In this document: positions 36,454 to 48,349 of the stretch, in pieces | Numbering within the stretch: the first letter of the stretch is position 1 | Layout of the letters: each line of letters begins with the position of its first letter | Source of the DNA: Neovahlkampfia damariscottae | Taxonomy: Eukaryota | Length of the DNA stretch: 54,950 nucleotides | Direction: 5' to 3' | Assembly (NCBI GenBank): GCA_016618085.1 | Contig: JABLTG010000041.1 | Location: 62,001-116,950 of the forward strand | The notes under the pieces: model-generated | Database searches by the model: none | The model's input: the letters and a program-made list of their open reading frames with translations, nothing else | Told to the model about the DNA's origin: nothing | Position numbers and translations under genes: made by a program

Positions 36454-36565
36454 TTGAATAAATTTTCTGTCACTTCATTTTCTCAATTTAACAGCTTTTC
36501 AACGGTCAACGGGTATTTGACGAATTAAAAGTGTTTTCACTTCACAAATTAGAAGGAGATTCACA

Positions 36566-38663
36566 ATGAACAAACTCCTTTTCAAACAAAAATCTAGTTT
36601 AAAAGCATCTCTTTTTAAGAGGTTCTATTCACATAACATTCAAAAGTTACTTGAACCTTATACCAAAAATAAAAAAATTATTTCATGGATTCAAGAAACT
36701 ACTGATTTATGTGATCCAAAAGATGTACAAGTATGTACAGGTTCAATAGATGAATATAACTCATTGATTGATGGAATGATTAAAAAAAAAACAATCAAAA
36801 AAATCGACAAAAGAGACAATTGTTATTTAGGTAATATTAAACTCCGATGGTTTTTAATTTTTTTAAATAGCAAGAAGTGATCCTCAAGATGTAGCAAGAG
36901 TGGAAAGTAGAACATTCATTTGTAGCAAAACAAAAGAAGAAGCAGGACCAACAAATAACTGGGAAAACCCTGAAAAAATGAAACAAAAATTAAACAACTT
37001 GTTTAAAGGCTCAATGAAAGGAAGAACTTTATATGTTGTACCATTTTCAATGGGACCTCTGAATGGTGATATTTCAAAAATTGGAATTGAATTGACTGAT
37101 TCACCTTATGTTGTTTGTTCAATGAGAACAATGACCATTATGGGAAAAGAAAGTAAGATTAAATTGAAACTAAAACAAATGAAGTTTTTGAAAAATTAGA
37201 AAAAAATGATGAATTTGTGCCATGTGTTCATACCTCTGGTAAACCAATCATACAAGAAAGTGATGATGTTGCTTGGCCATGTAAAAAAAAATTTTCTTTT
37301 TAAAGTTTTTTTGATAGGTAATCCAGAAAAATACATTGTTCACTTTCCAGAAGAAAGAAGTATCTGTAAGGAAAAAAAAAAAAAAAAATTAACATTTTTT
37401 TTTTCACAAAGTCTCTTATGGAAGTAGCTATGGAGGAAATGCTCTTTTAGGTAAAAAATGTCTTGCATTAAGAATTGCATCAAAAATGGGTAAGGATGAA
37501 GGCTGGTTAGCAGAACATATGTTAATCCTAGGTATTACAAATCCAGAAGGAGTTAAAAAATATATTGCAGCTGCTTTTCCATCAGCTTGTGGAAAAACTG
37601 TAAAATAGAAATAACTGTTTAATTGTTTTATTTAGAACCTTGCTTTATTAACACCTTCAATTCCAGGGTGGAAAGTAGAAACAATGGGTGATGACATTGC
37701 TTGGATGAAATTTGGTTCTGATGGAAGATTATACGCTATTAATCCTGAAAATGGATTTTTTGGTGTTGCACCTGGTACATCTGTTGGTTCCAATCCAAAT
37801 GCAATGAAAATGTTGACAAAAAATACAATTTTTACAAATGTAGCTGAAACACCAGAAGGAGGTAAAAAAACAAAAAAAAAAATTGAAAACTTTAAGATAT
37901 CTGGTGGGAAGGAATGACAAAAGAGAAACCAGCTAAATTAGTAGACTGGAAGGGTAATGATTGGACACCAAAATCAAAAGAAAAAGCTGCGCATGGTAAT
38001 TCCAGATTTTGTGTTCCAATACAACAATGTCCAGTTTTAGATGAAAATTTTGAAAAATCACCAAATGGAGTTCCAATAGATGCAATTTTATTTGGTGGTA
38101 GAAGAGATACAACTATTCCATTAGTTTTTCAATCATTTAACTGGAATCATGGTGTTTTAGTTGGAGCTTCAATTTCAAGTGAACAAACAGAAGCTGCAGA
38201 AGGAAGAGGTGTTAGACATGATCCATTTGCTATGTTACCATTTTGTGGTTATAATATGGGTGATTATTTTAATCATTGGATTCAAATGCAAAAAAAAACA
38301 ACTGCCGAAAAATTACCAAAAATCTTTCAAGTTAATTGGTTCAAAAAAGATCAAAATGGAGATTACTTATGGCCTGGTTTTGCAGAAAATTCACGTGTTT
38401 TAAAATGGGTATTTGAAAGTGCAACTCAAGATTCAACAGAAAATCAAAATTCAATCAAAACACCAATTGGAATCATTCCAAAGAAACTTGATACTGAAGG
38501 AATTCAAATTGACAAAGAAACTATGGATAAATTATTTGAAATTGATGCAAAAGAATGGCAAAAAGAAGTTTTGGAAAATGAAAATTATTTAAAAAATACA
38601 TTTGGAGATAAATTACCAAAAGAATTAGCAAATGAACTTGAATTAATTAAAAAAAATTTATAG
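36566..38663 (+). CDS. PCK: Phosphoenolpyruvate carboxykinase (GTP), probably mitochondrial, multi-exon
   Basis: [56 protein letters not shown] and [11 protein letters not shown]. Transit-peptide-like N-terminus. Confidence 0.95.
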
Positions 38664-38704
38664 TGTGAAAAAATAATTAACTCATTAAAAAAAATACTTT
38701 TTAG

Positions 38705-39031
38705 TTACATTTGTTTACTCTTGTTTTTGTTGCATCCAAATTTTTTTTACATCTTTTCCTGCAATCATGATTTGTCCTAAAACTCTTCTGTTTTCTTTAT
38801 TCGTTTCTTTATTCAATATATATTCGATTGAATTGCTCAAAACAAAATTTTTTTGACTTTTTTTTAATTTTTTTTTTTTTTTTTTTTTTACTCATCAAAA
38901 CAAATTAAATCTCCAATGAAAACTCGTTCATCACACGCTTCAATTCTTATTTTTTTTTTTAAAAAAGTTTTCATAACTTGTTTTGGATCTTCTTTATTCT
39001 CGTAAATCTTTATCTCACCTTCGTTTGTCAT
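38705..39031 (-). CDS. NAA38: Sm-like NatC auxiliary subunit (LSMD1/NAA38/Mak31)
   Basis: Not in the ORF track. Spliced sequence KTFLKKKIRIEACDERVFIGDLICFDDQKNFVLSNSIEY...RRVLGQIMIAGKDV carries Sm1/Sm2 motifs of the LSMD1 type. Confidence 0.72.
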
Positions 39032-39118
39032 GAACTTTCTCTTCAAGTTTTTGGATGTATCTGATTGGCATATATTTTGAGGAAGAAAAAAAAAAATGAA
39101 ATTAACAAAACAAACAAT

Positions 39119-41283
39119 TTATAAAGTACCATCTTGTGCATAATAAACAGTTAATTTATAATGATGTTGTAATTGATCAACAAATTCTTTTGACATATTT
39201 GTACAATTTTCAAGTTTCAAAATCCTCAAACCTTTATGAATTTGTTCTTTTGAATTCATATTTTGTGGAATCAATTTTGATAAAAATTCAGATGAAGGTA
39301 ATGTAGAATTCCTCAAATCTACTGTCAATTTTCTTTCAGAAATTTCATCACATAATGCTTTGATGGATGATTTTGTGATCAAATTACATTCACTTAAATC
39401 TAAATGAACTAAATGTTTCAATGTTGATAAATAAGAAATTCCATCATCTGTAATCAAATTACACCTTCTTAATCCTAATTCTTGTAAATTTTTCATTGTA
39501 GAAATATACTCAATTCCTTGATTACTTATATTCTTGCATCCAGTAACATTTAAAGAAAATAAATTTTCCTTCTTTGAGAGACACTTCAATGTTTTGTCTG
39601 TAATTTTAACACATCTTTTAATATTTAGTGATTTTATATTTGAACAATTTGTGATAATCAAATCAACTCCAATATCTGTAACATGATCAGAATAAGCAAT
39701 ATTCAAATCACTTAAATTTGGAGCCCATAATGATAATTTTCTCATACATTCATCTGATGTTGATTTACATCCCATTAATTGTAATTTTTCAATTTTTGAA
39801 TCATTTTTTTTCATTTTCAATTGTGAGAGAAATATTTGATCACAACCTGTCAAATTTAAAGAAATCAAATTTAAACAATCATCAATTAAATATTGAAGTC
39901 CTTTTGGTGTAATTTTACGACAACAAGTCAAATCCAAAGAAGTTAATGATTTGATAGTTGAAAGATGTTTTAAACCTTCATCTGTAATTTGATGACAAAA
40001 TGTTAAATCTAATGATTGTAAATTTTTTGATTTCATTTTTGATAAAAATTCAATTCCTTCATCTGTTATTCTTGTACATCCTGTTAAATTCAAACTTTCT
40101 AAATTATTAAATTCACTTAAAAATGAACATGCTTTATCATTGATTTTATTACATCCTTTCAAATTTAAATGTTCAAGATTTTGACAAATGTAAGTCATAT
40201 AATTAACTCCTTTTTCAGTTAATGAATGACAACCTGTGACATTTAATGATTTTAATGTTCTTAAACCATAACAAGGTTCTTTGTGTTCATCAGAGTCGTG
40301 TCTTTCATGTTTTTGATTTTTTGATCTTTGTATAGGTGGTGGATAGTAATAATAAACATGTTTTAAACTATTGTAGTATCCATGATCTTCAATGAGTCCT
40401 TCTGAAGTTTCTGTATTAGTATCTTCTTCTTTTTTTTCATCTTCAGGAATGATTATAGGATACATTTCAATAATTTCTTCTTTTGTTATCATTTTCTTCA
40501 TTTCTTCTTCTTTTTTCTTTTCTTCTATTTGTGTGATCAGTTTTAACTTTTTTTTTATTCTTTTGGAGCCTGTTAATGAATTCTCTGTTGATTCATCATC
40601 AAATTCATCATCTGATTCCATATCTGGATCAATTGCTGACATTGTGTCAAATGTTGAATCTAAATGTGTTTCATAATCGAAATTGAAATCAAATTCACCT
40701 GTTAATGGATCTTCAACAAGTGAATCTGTTTGTCTCTTTTTAAATTTAGAAACTAAAAGTATTCCTTACATTGATAGTATCAGCATCGGAGTAAATATAT
40801 TTATGAGCAAGTTGTAAAAATCCTTTATCAGTCAGTTGAAAATCTTCTGAGCTTCCATTGTTATTGACATCTAAACTTTCCAAACGAACAAATCTGATGG
40901 TTTTTAATTTTTGTTTTTTTTTTACTTTTTTATGACAGAGATCACAGTATCTTCCTTGAATTTTCTGATTTTACCATGAACTTTGAAATTTTGCACTGAA
41001 AGTAACCATAAATAACCCATTCTTTTTGAGGTCAACGCGACTGATTTGGCTAATTCTTGAGCAGAAAGGAAACGAAAAATATAAACTAAAACTTCGTCTG
41101 GAACTTTTGAAAGAGAATTTTTTGGTTTCTTTTTCTTTTTACCACTTAATCTTTCAATAATTTTATTTTTTGGATTTCTATATCGTTGTCCTTCTGAGTT
41201 TTGATTCTTTAAATAAATTTAAAATTTTTTTTATTTTTGTGGTTTACATTTTTCCAAATTTTAGCGAGTGAAAGAGAAATCAT
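39119..41283 (-). CDS. F-box/LRR protein (FBXL, cysteine-containing LRR)
   Basis: F-box LSKVPDEVLVYIFRFLSAQEL near 41060-41115, and many LxLxGCxxITDxG repeats. Confidence 0.88.
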
Positions 41284-41436
41284 TGTGAAAGTTTTTTAAC
41301 TTCTTTTGAGTTTTTAATGAAAAACGTTTGGTTGAAGTCAACAAACAGTCCTACCAATTGAATTTATGTTCAAAAGTATGTTCTGATTGGTTATTTATGG
41401 TTCTAAAAATAAACATAAAAACAAGAGGAAAGTGAG

Positions 41437-42120
41437 ATGACCAACAAGTCGCACAAAGCATATATAAAAGCTTATGGTATACCAAAACCAACAGTTATCC
41501 TTCCACATCTTGTACTAGGTTCCAAATACGATTTATATGAACCAGAAACGTATAAAACTTATAACGTCAAATTTATTTTGTGTTGTGCTGAAGAATGTGA
41601 TCATTCTGATATGAAAATACCCAAGCATGTGATTTTAAAACATTTACCAATTCAAGATGACTGGGATCCAAAAATACCACCACAAAGCGATAATTTTGAA
41701 GAAGCTGTTTCATTCATTGACCAAGTGAAACTACCAAACAATTATGATCATGATATTCAAGAAGAAACTTGCTATGTTCATTGTATGAGAGGAAGAAGTC
41801 GTTCAAGCTCGGTGGTTTTGGCCTATTTAATGCTGAAAGAGCATTTGAATTTGAAAGAATCTTATCATCATGTAAAATCAATGAGACCTTTTATTGGGCC
41901 TCATTATGGATTGAGAATTCAAATGATTCATTTAGAGTATCATTGGAAAAAAGAGAAAACATTTCAATTGAAGGAATGGGAACAATCTCACATTGATTGG
42001 AAGAGAAAAAAAAAAGAAGTTGAACAAATAAAAGAAATCGAAATGGAAAAAGAAGAACAAGAATCAATACTGAGTCATAAAAAAACAGAAAAAAAAAAAG
42101 AGGATTGCTATCTTTTTTGA
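41437..42120 (+). CDS. Dual-specificity phosphatase with a C-terminal CaaX box
   Basis: HCMRGRSRS active site, AYLM and RPFIGPH; ends KKKEDCYLF*. Confidence 0.9.
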   Translation: MTNKSHKAYIKAYGIPKPTVILPHLVLGSKYDLYEPETYKTYNVKFILCCAEECDHSDMKIPKHVILKHLPIQDDWDPKIPPQSDNFEEAVSFIDQVKLPNNYDHDIQEETCYVHCMRGRSRSSSVVLAYLMLKEHLNLKESYHHVKSMRPFIGPHYGLRIQMIHLEYHWKKEKTFQLKEWEQSHIDWKRKKKEVEQIKEIEMEKEEQESILSHKKTEKKKEDCYLF

Positions 42121-42147
42121 CTTTCAATTTTGCTATCTCAAAAAAAA

Positions 42148-43484
42148 TTAAATATTATTATTCTCTAAACGATTCAATAAAGTCTCTTGTAATTTTTCAT
42201 CATCTCTTGGTTCAATAAATGTATCCAAAATCAAACTGTTTTCTTCTTTATTACAATAGATTTTATTGTAATTCTGTATACATCCTCTTGTATAAGGATT
42301 TTCTCGATCAACATAAGTGTCTTTTAACTTACAAAATATTAGATTCAAATAAATGTAGGTTTACGTGCTCATATGTAGTTTTTCCTTTTGCAATTAAATA
42401 TGTGTGAAATATCGCTAATGGTGAAACTGAAAATAGCATTAAACCAGCATAAGCTGCAGCAAACGCCCTTTAAAATTTTAGATTTTTTAATTTTGTTCAA
42501 ACGATGCCCCACATCTTGTTAAAAGAAACCATGCAATATCAGGTGCATTTTTATTAAACCCACCATCCATAAAAAAGAATAGTAATGTCATAAAAATATT
42601 TAACAAATTCATAGCAACTCCATAAACACATAACAAACAAGCTGTCATTACAAAGGTGTAAAAATATTTATAATTCCGTTTCCCAATACAAGTCCTTTGA
42701 TAAGGTTAAATATCAAAAATTCGAACCCTGTCCTTTTTTAAAATTTTTTTTTAAATTTTCATCTTGTGATTACCAACTGGAAAATTATATGAGATTTTAA
42801 ATTCTAAACTTACGGGCAATGATGATCAAATTCATCAATACATGAGTTGCAAAATGAGCAGTGAACCATTCTGGGTTTTCTATAAAAGTTACATGTATAA
42901 CAATATTTTAAAAGAATAGTTTCACCACTTGGTAGTGTCACTTCTTTATGTTTTGGAGGTGGCTCTGGTATATAAGTACTGGTATAATCAGAGTCCAAAT
43001 CTTTGTCTGTTGAATCTTCAGATTCTTCTGCTTCTTCTTCTTCGTCCGTGTCTTGGGCCACAGCCCAATCCCTCTCTTGTTTCGGATGAATTCCTAAATA
43101 ATATTAAAAAAGAGTTAATAAACACACCAGGATCAGCTTAATGAAGTTTTAAATTTTTGTTTTTTTTCTGTACTTATTCCAGTTAAAATTAAAGTGAATT
43201 CAGATAAAATTACAAGTAACATTCCAATGACCAAGAAAGCAGGTGACAGGTTCATATAAATTTGTGGTGCTCTTTCATTTTTTTTAGTTTTATAAACTTT
43301 ACCCAAAAATACAAAACAAAACACTAGGAACAATAATGAATAAATGAGTCATCAGAAAAGTTGTCCAGTGTGGGCCAACTATAACTCTTCCATTACAAAA
43401 TATTCTATGATTTCCGTCAAATTCGTTGAAGCGTCCACCTGAACAAAATGCAGTTCTTGTTCTTTTTGGTTCTTCAACTTCCAT
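42148..43484 (-). CDS. DHHC palmitoyltransferase (Erf2/ZDHHC9-14-18-like), with microexons
   Basis: FCNGRVIVG, TDPGI, KYCYTCNFYRKPRMVHCSFCNSCIDEFDHHCPWTGTCIGKRNY (after microexon splicing), TTYE and NPY.RG..N. Confidence 0.92.
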
Positions 43485-43537
43485 TGTTTTGACCAATAGT
43501 TTTGTTTGCAAAAAAAAAAAGTGTTTTATTTTTTATT

Positions 43538-43887
43538 CTACCACTCATCATCATCAAAAATATCTCTTCTTTGAATAGTAATTTTTGTTTTTTGTTTTTG
43601 TTCAGCGACTTGTTCTAAAATGGTAATCAATTGTTCTTCATCAACTTTTCCGGACAATTGTCTGTTTTTTGCAGCATTGATTAAATATTCTTCAACACTT
43701 TTTGCTCTATCTCCTTTCACCATTGCAACTCTATTCACTTATTTAAATAATTAATTCTTTTTTTTTAAAATCTACGTCTTTCTCTTGCTTCTGGAGTCAT
43801 AATTTGTGACAGAATTTTATTTCTTTGATCTTCAGCTTCTTGTTTTTCTTGTTCTTTTTGTTGTTGTGTTTTTTGTTGACCTTGCAT
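43538..43887 (-). CDS. PDCD5: Programmed cell death protein 5
   Basis: ILSQIMTPEARERLNRVAMVK.DRAKSVEEYLI...KITIQRR...DDDEW; one intron. Confidence 0.9.
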
Positions 43888-43969
43888 TTTGAAGAATCAA
43901 ATGTCCAATGAATAATAAACGGAGAATTTTTAACCAATAAATTTGCTCATTTGTTTAAAAAGAAAAAGC
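43888..43969. promoter_or_regulatory. 82-bp bidirectional promoter (PDCD5 / eIF3j) with two CCAAT boxes
   Basis: tccaatga at 43904 and accaata at 43933 lie between divergent ATGs. Confidence 0.55.
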
Positions 43970-44760
43970 ATGTCAGACGACGATTTAGGATGGGAAGACC
44001 AAGATTTTGATGATTTCTTAGAAGAAGAGGTACCTTTTTATTTTCTATAAATTAAAATTAATCAGAAAAAACCAGAACCAAAACCAGAACCAAAGAAAGA
44101 ACCAAAAAAAGAAAAAAAAGAACCAAAAAAAGATAAAAAAAAAGAAAAAGTACAAACGGCACCAGTTAAAAATGATAAAAAAAAAGGAAGAGCAAAAGAA
44201 GGTAACTTTTCAAAATTTCATTTTTTTTTTAAACTCTTTCACAAGGTAACAAACCAAAAAAAAAATAATTACTTACATTAAATATTAAGGTATGTTCAAA
44301 GATTTACAAGAAAAAATTGATGAAATGAAATTAACTGAAGATTTATTTCAAAGTGAACAAATTAGAATTGAATTACTTCAACCAAAAACACAAAAAGATT
44401 TTGAAGCATTTTCAGAAATTTTATCAGACAAAATAAAAGAATCAGAAGATCAAAAAAAATTTTATGTCAATTTATTAAAAGATCTTATTACTGGTTGTAC
44501 TGAAAATTTAAAAAGTTCAGAAATTCGTGAAATACAAACACATGTTTCAAATTTAGCTCAGAAAAGATTAGATGAAGAAAAGAATTTGAAAAATCCACAA
44601 CCAAAAAAAGCATGTTAGTGTTTTGTCATTTTTTAATTTTTTTGTTTTAGCAAAACTTAAAATTGATTCAGAAAAAGATGTCGATCCATTTCAATTAGAT
44701 AAAATAGCACAATCAGAACAAGCTGATGATGAAGAATTTGGTGATGATGATTTTATGTAA
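43970..44760 (+). CDS. EIF3J: Eukaryotic translation initiation factor 3 subunit J
   Basis: Acidic N-terminus with WED, LTEDLF, PKTQKDFEAFSEIL, and a C-terminal DDDFM*. Confidence 0.85.
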
Positions 44761-44903
44761 AGGACTTTTGAAAAAAAAATAAAATTTTTATTTAACTTAT
44801 TTGACGGTTTATTTACAAGGAATGTTTTAATTGTGAAGGAATTAAATGAGTTAATCCTTCATGTTTCAATTTTGTCATCAATGGCTTATTCAAAATTTAA
44901 AAA

Positions 44904-45650
44904 TTAATTTTTCTTTTTTACCTTCCAAATTCTAACTCTTTTGTTGATGAACCAATTGTTGATTTGAGTGAATGATAAATTTGTTTCTTTTTCTAATTGA
45001 AGTTTTTGTTCTTCTGTTGGATATGGATTTTCAATGTTCTTTAAAAACCATTCTTTTAAAATTAAAGTTGAGTCAACTGGTAATGCTCTATTTCTTCTTT
45101 TTCCTAATTTCAAAATGTAATCAGAAAGTGATTTCTCGCATGTTTTTTTTATTTCATCAACCCAATAGGCTATTTTTTCATTTAAAAAATTGATTTTCTC
45201 TTGTTGTTCTGTCTCCGATAATGGTGTATTGTTATACTGTTGTTGTTGAATATAAGAGGTCAACTGATTGGAAAATTCATAATGTGAAACAAATAATTCA
45301 CTCGTTGTCTGATTAAAAATACTCAGAACTTCGCTTCTTTTCCAAAGAATACCTTGTAAACATTTTGGAGAAATCGTTGGGTACATTTTTTGAACTTTTT
45401 GAATAAAAATCGCTTCATTTACATCTAAAAAACCCTTTTCTTCTGGTTTTTGTTCTGTTGTTTCTTGTTCTTCTTGTTCTTCAAGTTCAAAACTGTCAGA
45501 ATTGAAAAGTTCGTCCATGTCTTCTTCTGTGACACTTTCTTCAAATTCATTCTCTTTACGTTTTAATAATTGTCCTTCAACTTTTTGAAACTGATTTCCA
45601 AATTGAATTCGAAAATTGTCTTGCTGTTGTCCAGCTTGAGCAGAGATCAT
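44904..45650 (-). CDS. TALE-class homeodomain transcription factor
   Basis: RRNRALP..TLILKEWFLKNIENPYPTEEQK..L...TNLSFTQINNWFINKRVR, including the PYP three-residue loop extension. Confidence 0.9.
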   Translation of the reverse strand: MISAQAGQQQDNFRIQFGNQFQKVEGQLLKRKENEFEESVTEEDMDELFNSDSFELEEQEEQETTEQKPEEKGFLDVNEAIFIQKVQKMYPTISPKCLQGILWKRSEVLSIFNQTTSELFVSHYEFSNQLTSYIQQQQYNNTPLSETEQQEKINFLNEKIAYWVDEIKKTCEKSLSDYILKLGKRRNRALPVDSTLILKEWFLKNIENPYPTEEQKLQLEKETNLSFTQINNWFINKRVRIWKVKKKN

Positions 45651-45861
45651 TATTATTGGACAAAAAATGGCCAATAGGAATTAATATATTTTGAAAATAG
45701 AACTGAGTTGTTTAATATTTAATTTTGTCAATACTTTCTTTCACTTGATATGAAGTGGTCTCTATTGAATTGATATTTTTTTCCAATTTTTAACAAGTAG
45801 TATCCAATTCCAGAAAAAAATATCGAACTCGTTAAAACAAAGATAAAATTAAAAAAATTAT

Positions 45862-46350
45862 TTAAATTTTATTTCCTTGGTCCAATCTTGAACTAAATTC
45901 AACTGTATTGAAAATTGTTTGAATTCTGTCTCTATTAAAAGTAGGTTTTGGTCCATTGATTTGAAAAACATAACCAATATCATTATACAATAATATAGTA
46001 GCCGAAACAAAAAATGATTCATCTAATTCTGGGTTTTTAATTTCATACTCTAAAACAGCTGCTTCGATGTTTGAGAATTTGACGTTCATTTTGGAATTGA
46101 CATTTTCAATTTTCAATTTTGTTTGTTCTTCTATTGTTTTTAAATCATTTTTTCCTTTTATTAAATATTCTTCTAGTGTATATTTTTCTTTTAATTTTTC
46201 AACTATAATTATTCCAAATGAATCCACTTTTTTCATTTCTGTTGGTATCAAATGTATTTGGTGAACTGTATCTTTTATTTCATGTTTTGGTGTCCATTTC
46301 TTTGAATGTTGGAATTTTATTCCAATCTCTTTCAACTCAAAAATTTTCAT
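45862..46350 (-). CDS. PsbP/Mog1/DcrB-like fold hypothetical protein
   Basis: GIKFQHSKKW...TLEEY...AAVLEY...YNDIGYVFQI...IFNTVEF follows the PsbP-like pattern. Confidence 0.45.
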   Translation of the reverse strand: MKIFELKEIGIKFQHSKKWTPKHEIKDTVHQIHLIPTEMKKVDSFGIIIVEKLKEKYTLEEYLIKGKNDLKTIEEQTKLKIENVNSKMNVKFSNIEAAVLEYEIKNPELDESFFVSATILLYNDIGYVFQINGPKPTFNRDRIQTIFNTVEFSSRLDQGNKI

Positions 46351-46581
46351 GACCAAACAAGTTGATTGGCTGAGTCTTTATTTTACTTTTCAGTAGTAGA
46401 ATGGAAAGGTCCGGCTGGGAATTTAACTTTTTTTAATTTTCATCCCAAGGAAGTAAAAAAAGGCCATTTTCGCGGATTTTTCATTTTTTTTGACCAAATC
46501 CCCCGAGACACTCAAAGCCATTTTCATGTCCTCTCACGCCTCAACTCGGCGGTTTTTTGTCATTTGAAAATTTTAGTTACC

Positions 46582-46689
46582 TTCTTACTTTTTGTTATCC
46601 ATAATTTTTCATTTTTGTTTTTCTGATTTATTGGTTTGTTATATTGCTTTTTGGACAGTTCAATTTTATGGGAAATAAAAACTACGAGT
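46582..46689. mobile_element. MITE-like inverted-repeat element, copy 1 (~108 bp)
   Basis: Arms tcttactttttgttatccataatttt and aattttatgggaaataaaaactacgagt. Same arms and length as 48595-48703. Confidence 0.55.
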
Positions 46690-46918
46690 TTCTAAATCCA
46701 TAATTTTGGAACATTTGAATCCTTCTAATTGAAAGTTTGGACCGGTTTGATTGGCTTATTCCTTTGTTTTGGAGGATTGAATTCTTCTTTTCGGAAGTTC
46801 AAGAAGTTTTTGGTGCTTTATTTTTGAACTTCAATTTGTTGAACATTCAAATGATTTTATTGGTAAATTTCTGATCCAATCACAATTGAATCAATTTTGG
46901 TCTTCAGCAAAAAAAACG

Positions 46919-48278
46919 ATGAAGATTCCCAAAATATTTTGCAGAAAAACCTTGATGAACTTTTCTAGAGCTTTAAAATCTAACTTTAGGAATTATTCAC
47001 AAGAAGGAAATTCAGCAAAAGAGAATTTAAATCAAACAAATCTTTCTTCAAAATTTAAAGAATCTCTTCGTAAATTGTTAAAAGATTTACAAGAATTGCT
47101 AAAAAACATCCAGCCTCCTTTACAACAAATATAGGTGGTTTGATTGCATGTTCAGTTGGATTTTATTATTATTATTTGTCAATTCAAGAATTGAAAAGCA
47201 AGAAAGGAGAAATTGAAATAAGAAAAGAAGGAGCAAATTTTCTCTTAAAACTGATAAAAATTAATGAAGAACCAGATTATGTTGCAAGAAAAGATTATGA
47301 AGAACGTTTAAATCAAATTATTGGAACATTAAATAACAGAAAATATGTAATTATTGTTGGAAGTAAAGGTTCAGGAAAATCTGCACTTTTAGAACATGTT
47401 CTCAATGGAAAAGAAGGAGTAGTTGTTGTAAAAATTGAAGGAGACACTACTCTTTCTAACTTAAAACAAAAACTTCTTGAATCTATAAATGTTCAAATTG
47501 AACCATGGAATCAAAGTAATTTTTTTTTAACTAATTATTTTTATTTAGATAAACCAGCACAAGTTTTTGGAGAAATTTGTAATTCAATCAAGAAAACAAA
47601 AGACGGAAAAGTAATTTGGGTGCCAACTGTTGTTTTTGAAGTTGAAGGAAGCACTCCAAAAGAAATTATAAAAGAATTGTATAAAACTGCCAAAAAATTT
47701 CATCTGATAATGTTCAAGCAAGATGTATTCTTCTTTTAAGTGATGCCAATGCTTGTCTTTCAATGACTTCAGGTTTTTAATTTTTAATTTTAATTTTTTT
47801 TTTAGACCCTCTAAGACAACAGTATATTTGGGTAAATGACTTCACAGAAGAAGAAGCAAATAATTATTTGAACAAAGTTGGTTTTACTTCTAATGAAGAA
47901 ATCAGAAAAATGGTTTTTGAAAATTATGGAACTCGTCCTTCTTATCTTCGTGATATTTCAAATTCAGAGCAAACACTCAAACCTGACGAATTTATTGAAG
48001 AACAAATTAAAAAAAATGAACAAAAAGTCAAAAGATGTGTCAAAGATGATGAAACAACTGTAAAATTATTCAAAGAAATGGTGAAAGATGAATACAAAGT
48101 TGGAATGAAAGAAGGTATAGTCATGGACATTATGAAATTATCAACAGGAAAAGTTGCAGAAGGCCCTTTGGTAAAGATTCATCATATTCTTGCTTTTGAT
48201 ATTGAAAAAGGAATATTTAAATTTCATTCCAATTCAATGCGTGAAGCAACCAGAAGATTTATTGAAAGAAACAAATAA
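46919..48278 (+). CDS. Membrane-anchored P-loop (AAA-like) ATPase with an apparent 1-nt frameshift at ~47697; possibly a pseudogene
   Basis: Transit-like N-terminus, TM, YVAR, Walker A GSKGSGKS and PTVVFEVE. Introns at 47070-47113, ~47516-47548 and ~47773-47805. The downstream LSDANA block is out of frame by one base. Confidence 0.65.
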
Positions 48279-48349
48279 ATTTTATTTATTAGTTTTTTGG
48301 GTTTAAAGCAATAATAATTATGCATATTAATAATATAACTATCAATACA

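Noticed and set aside
44834..44861. Hairpin tgaaggaattaa-atgag-ttaatccttca as a SECIS element or terminator
   Set aside because: No GA/GA quartet geometry and no in-frame TGA in the adjacent genes. A short AT-rich stem can arise by chance.
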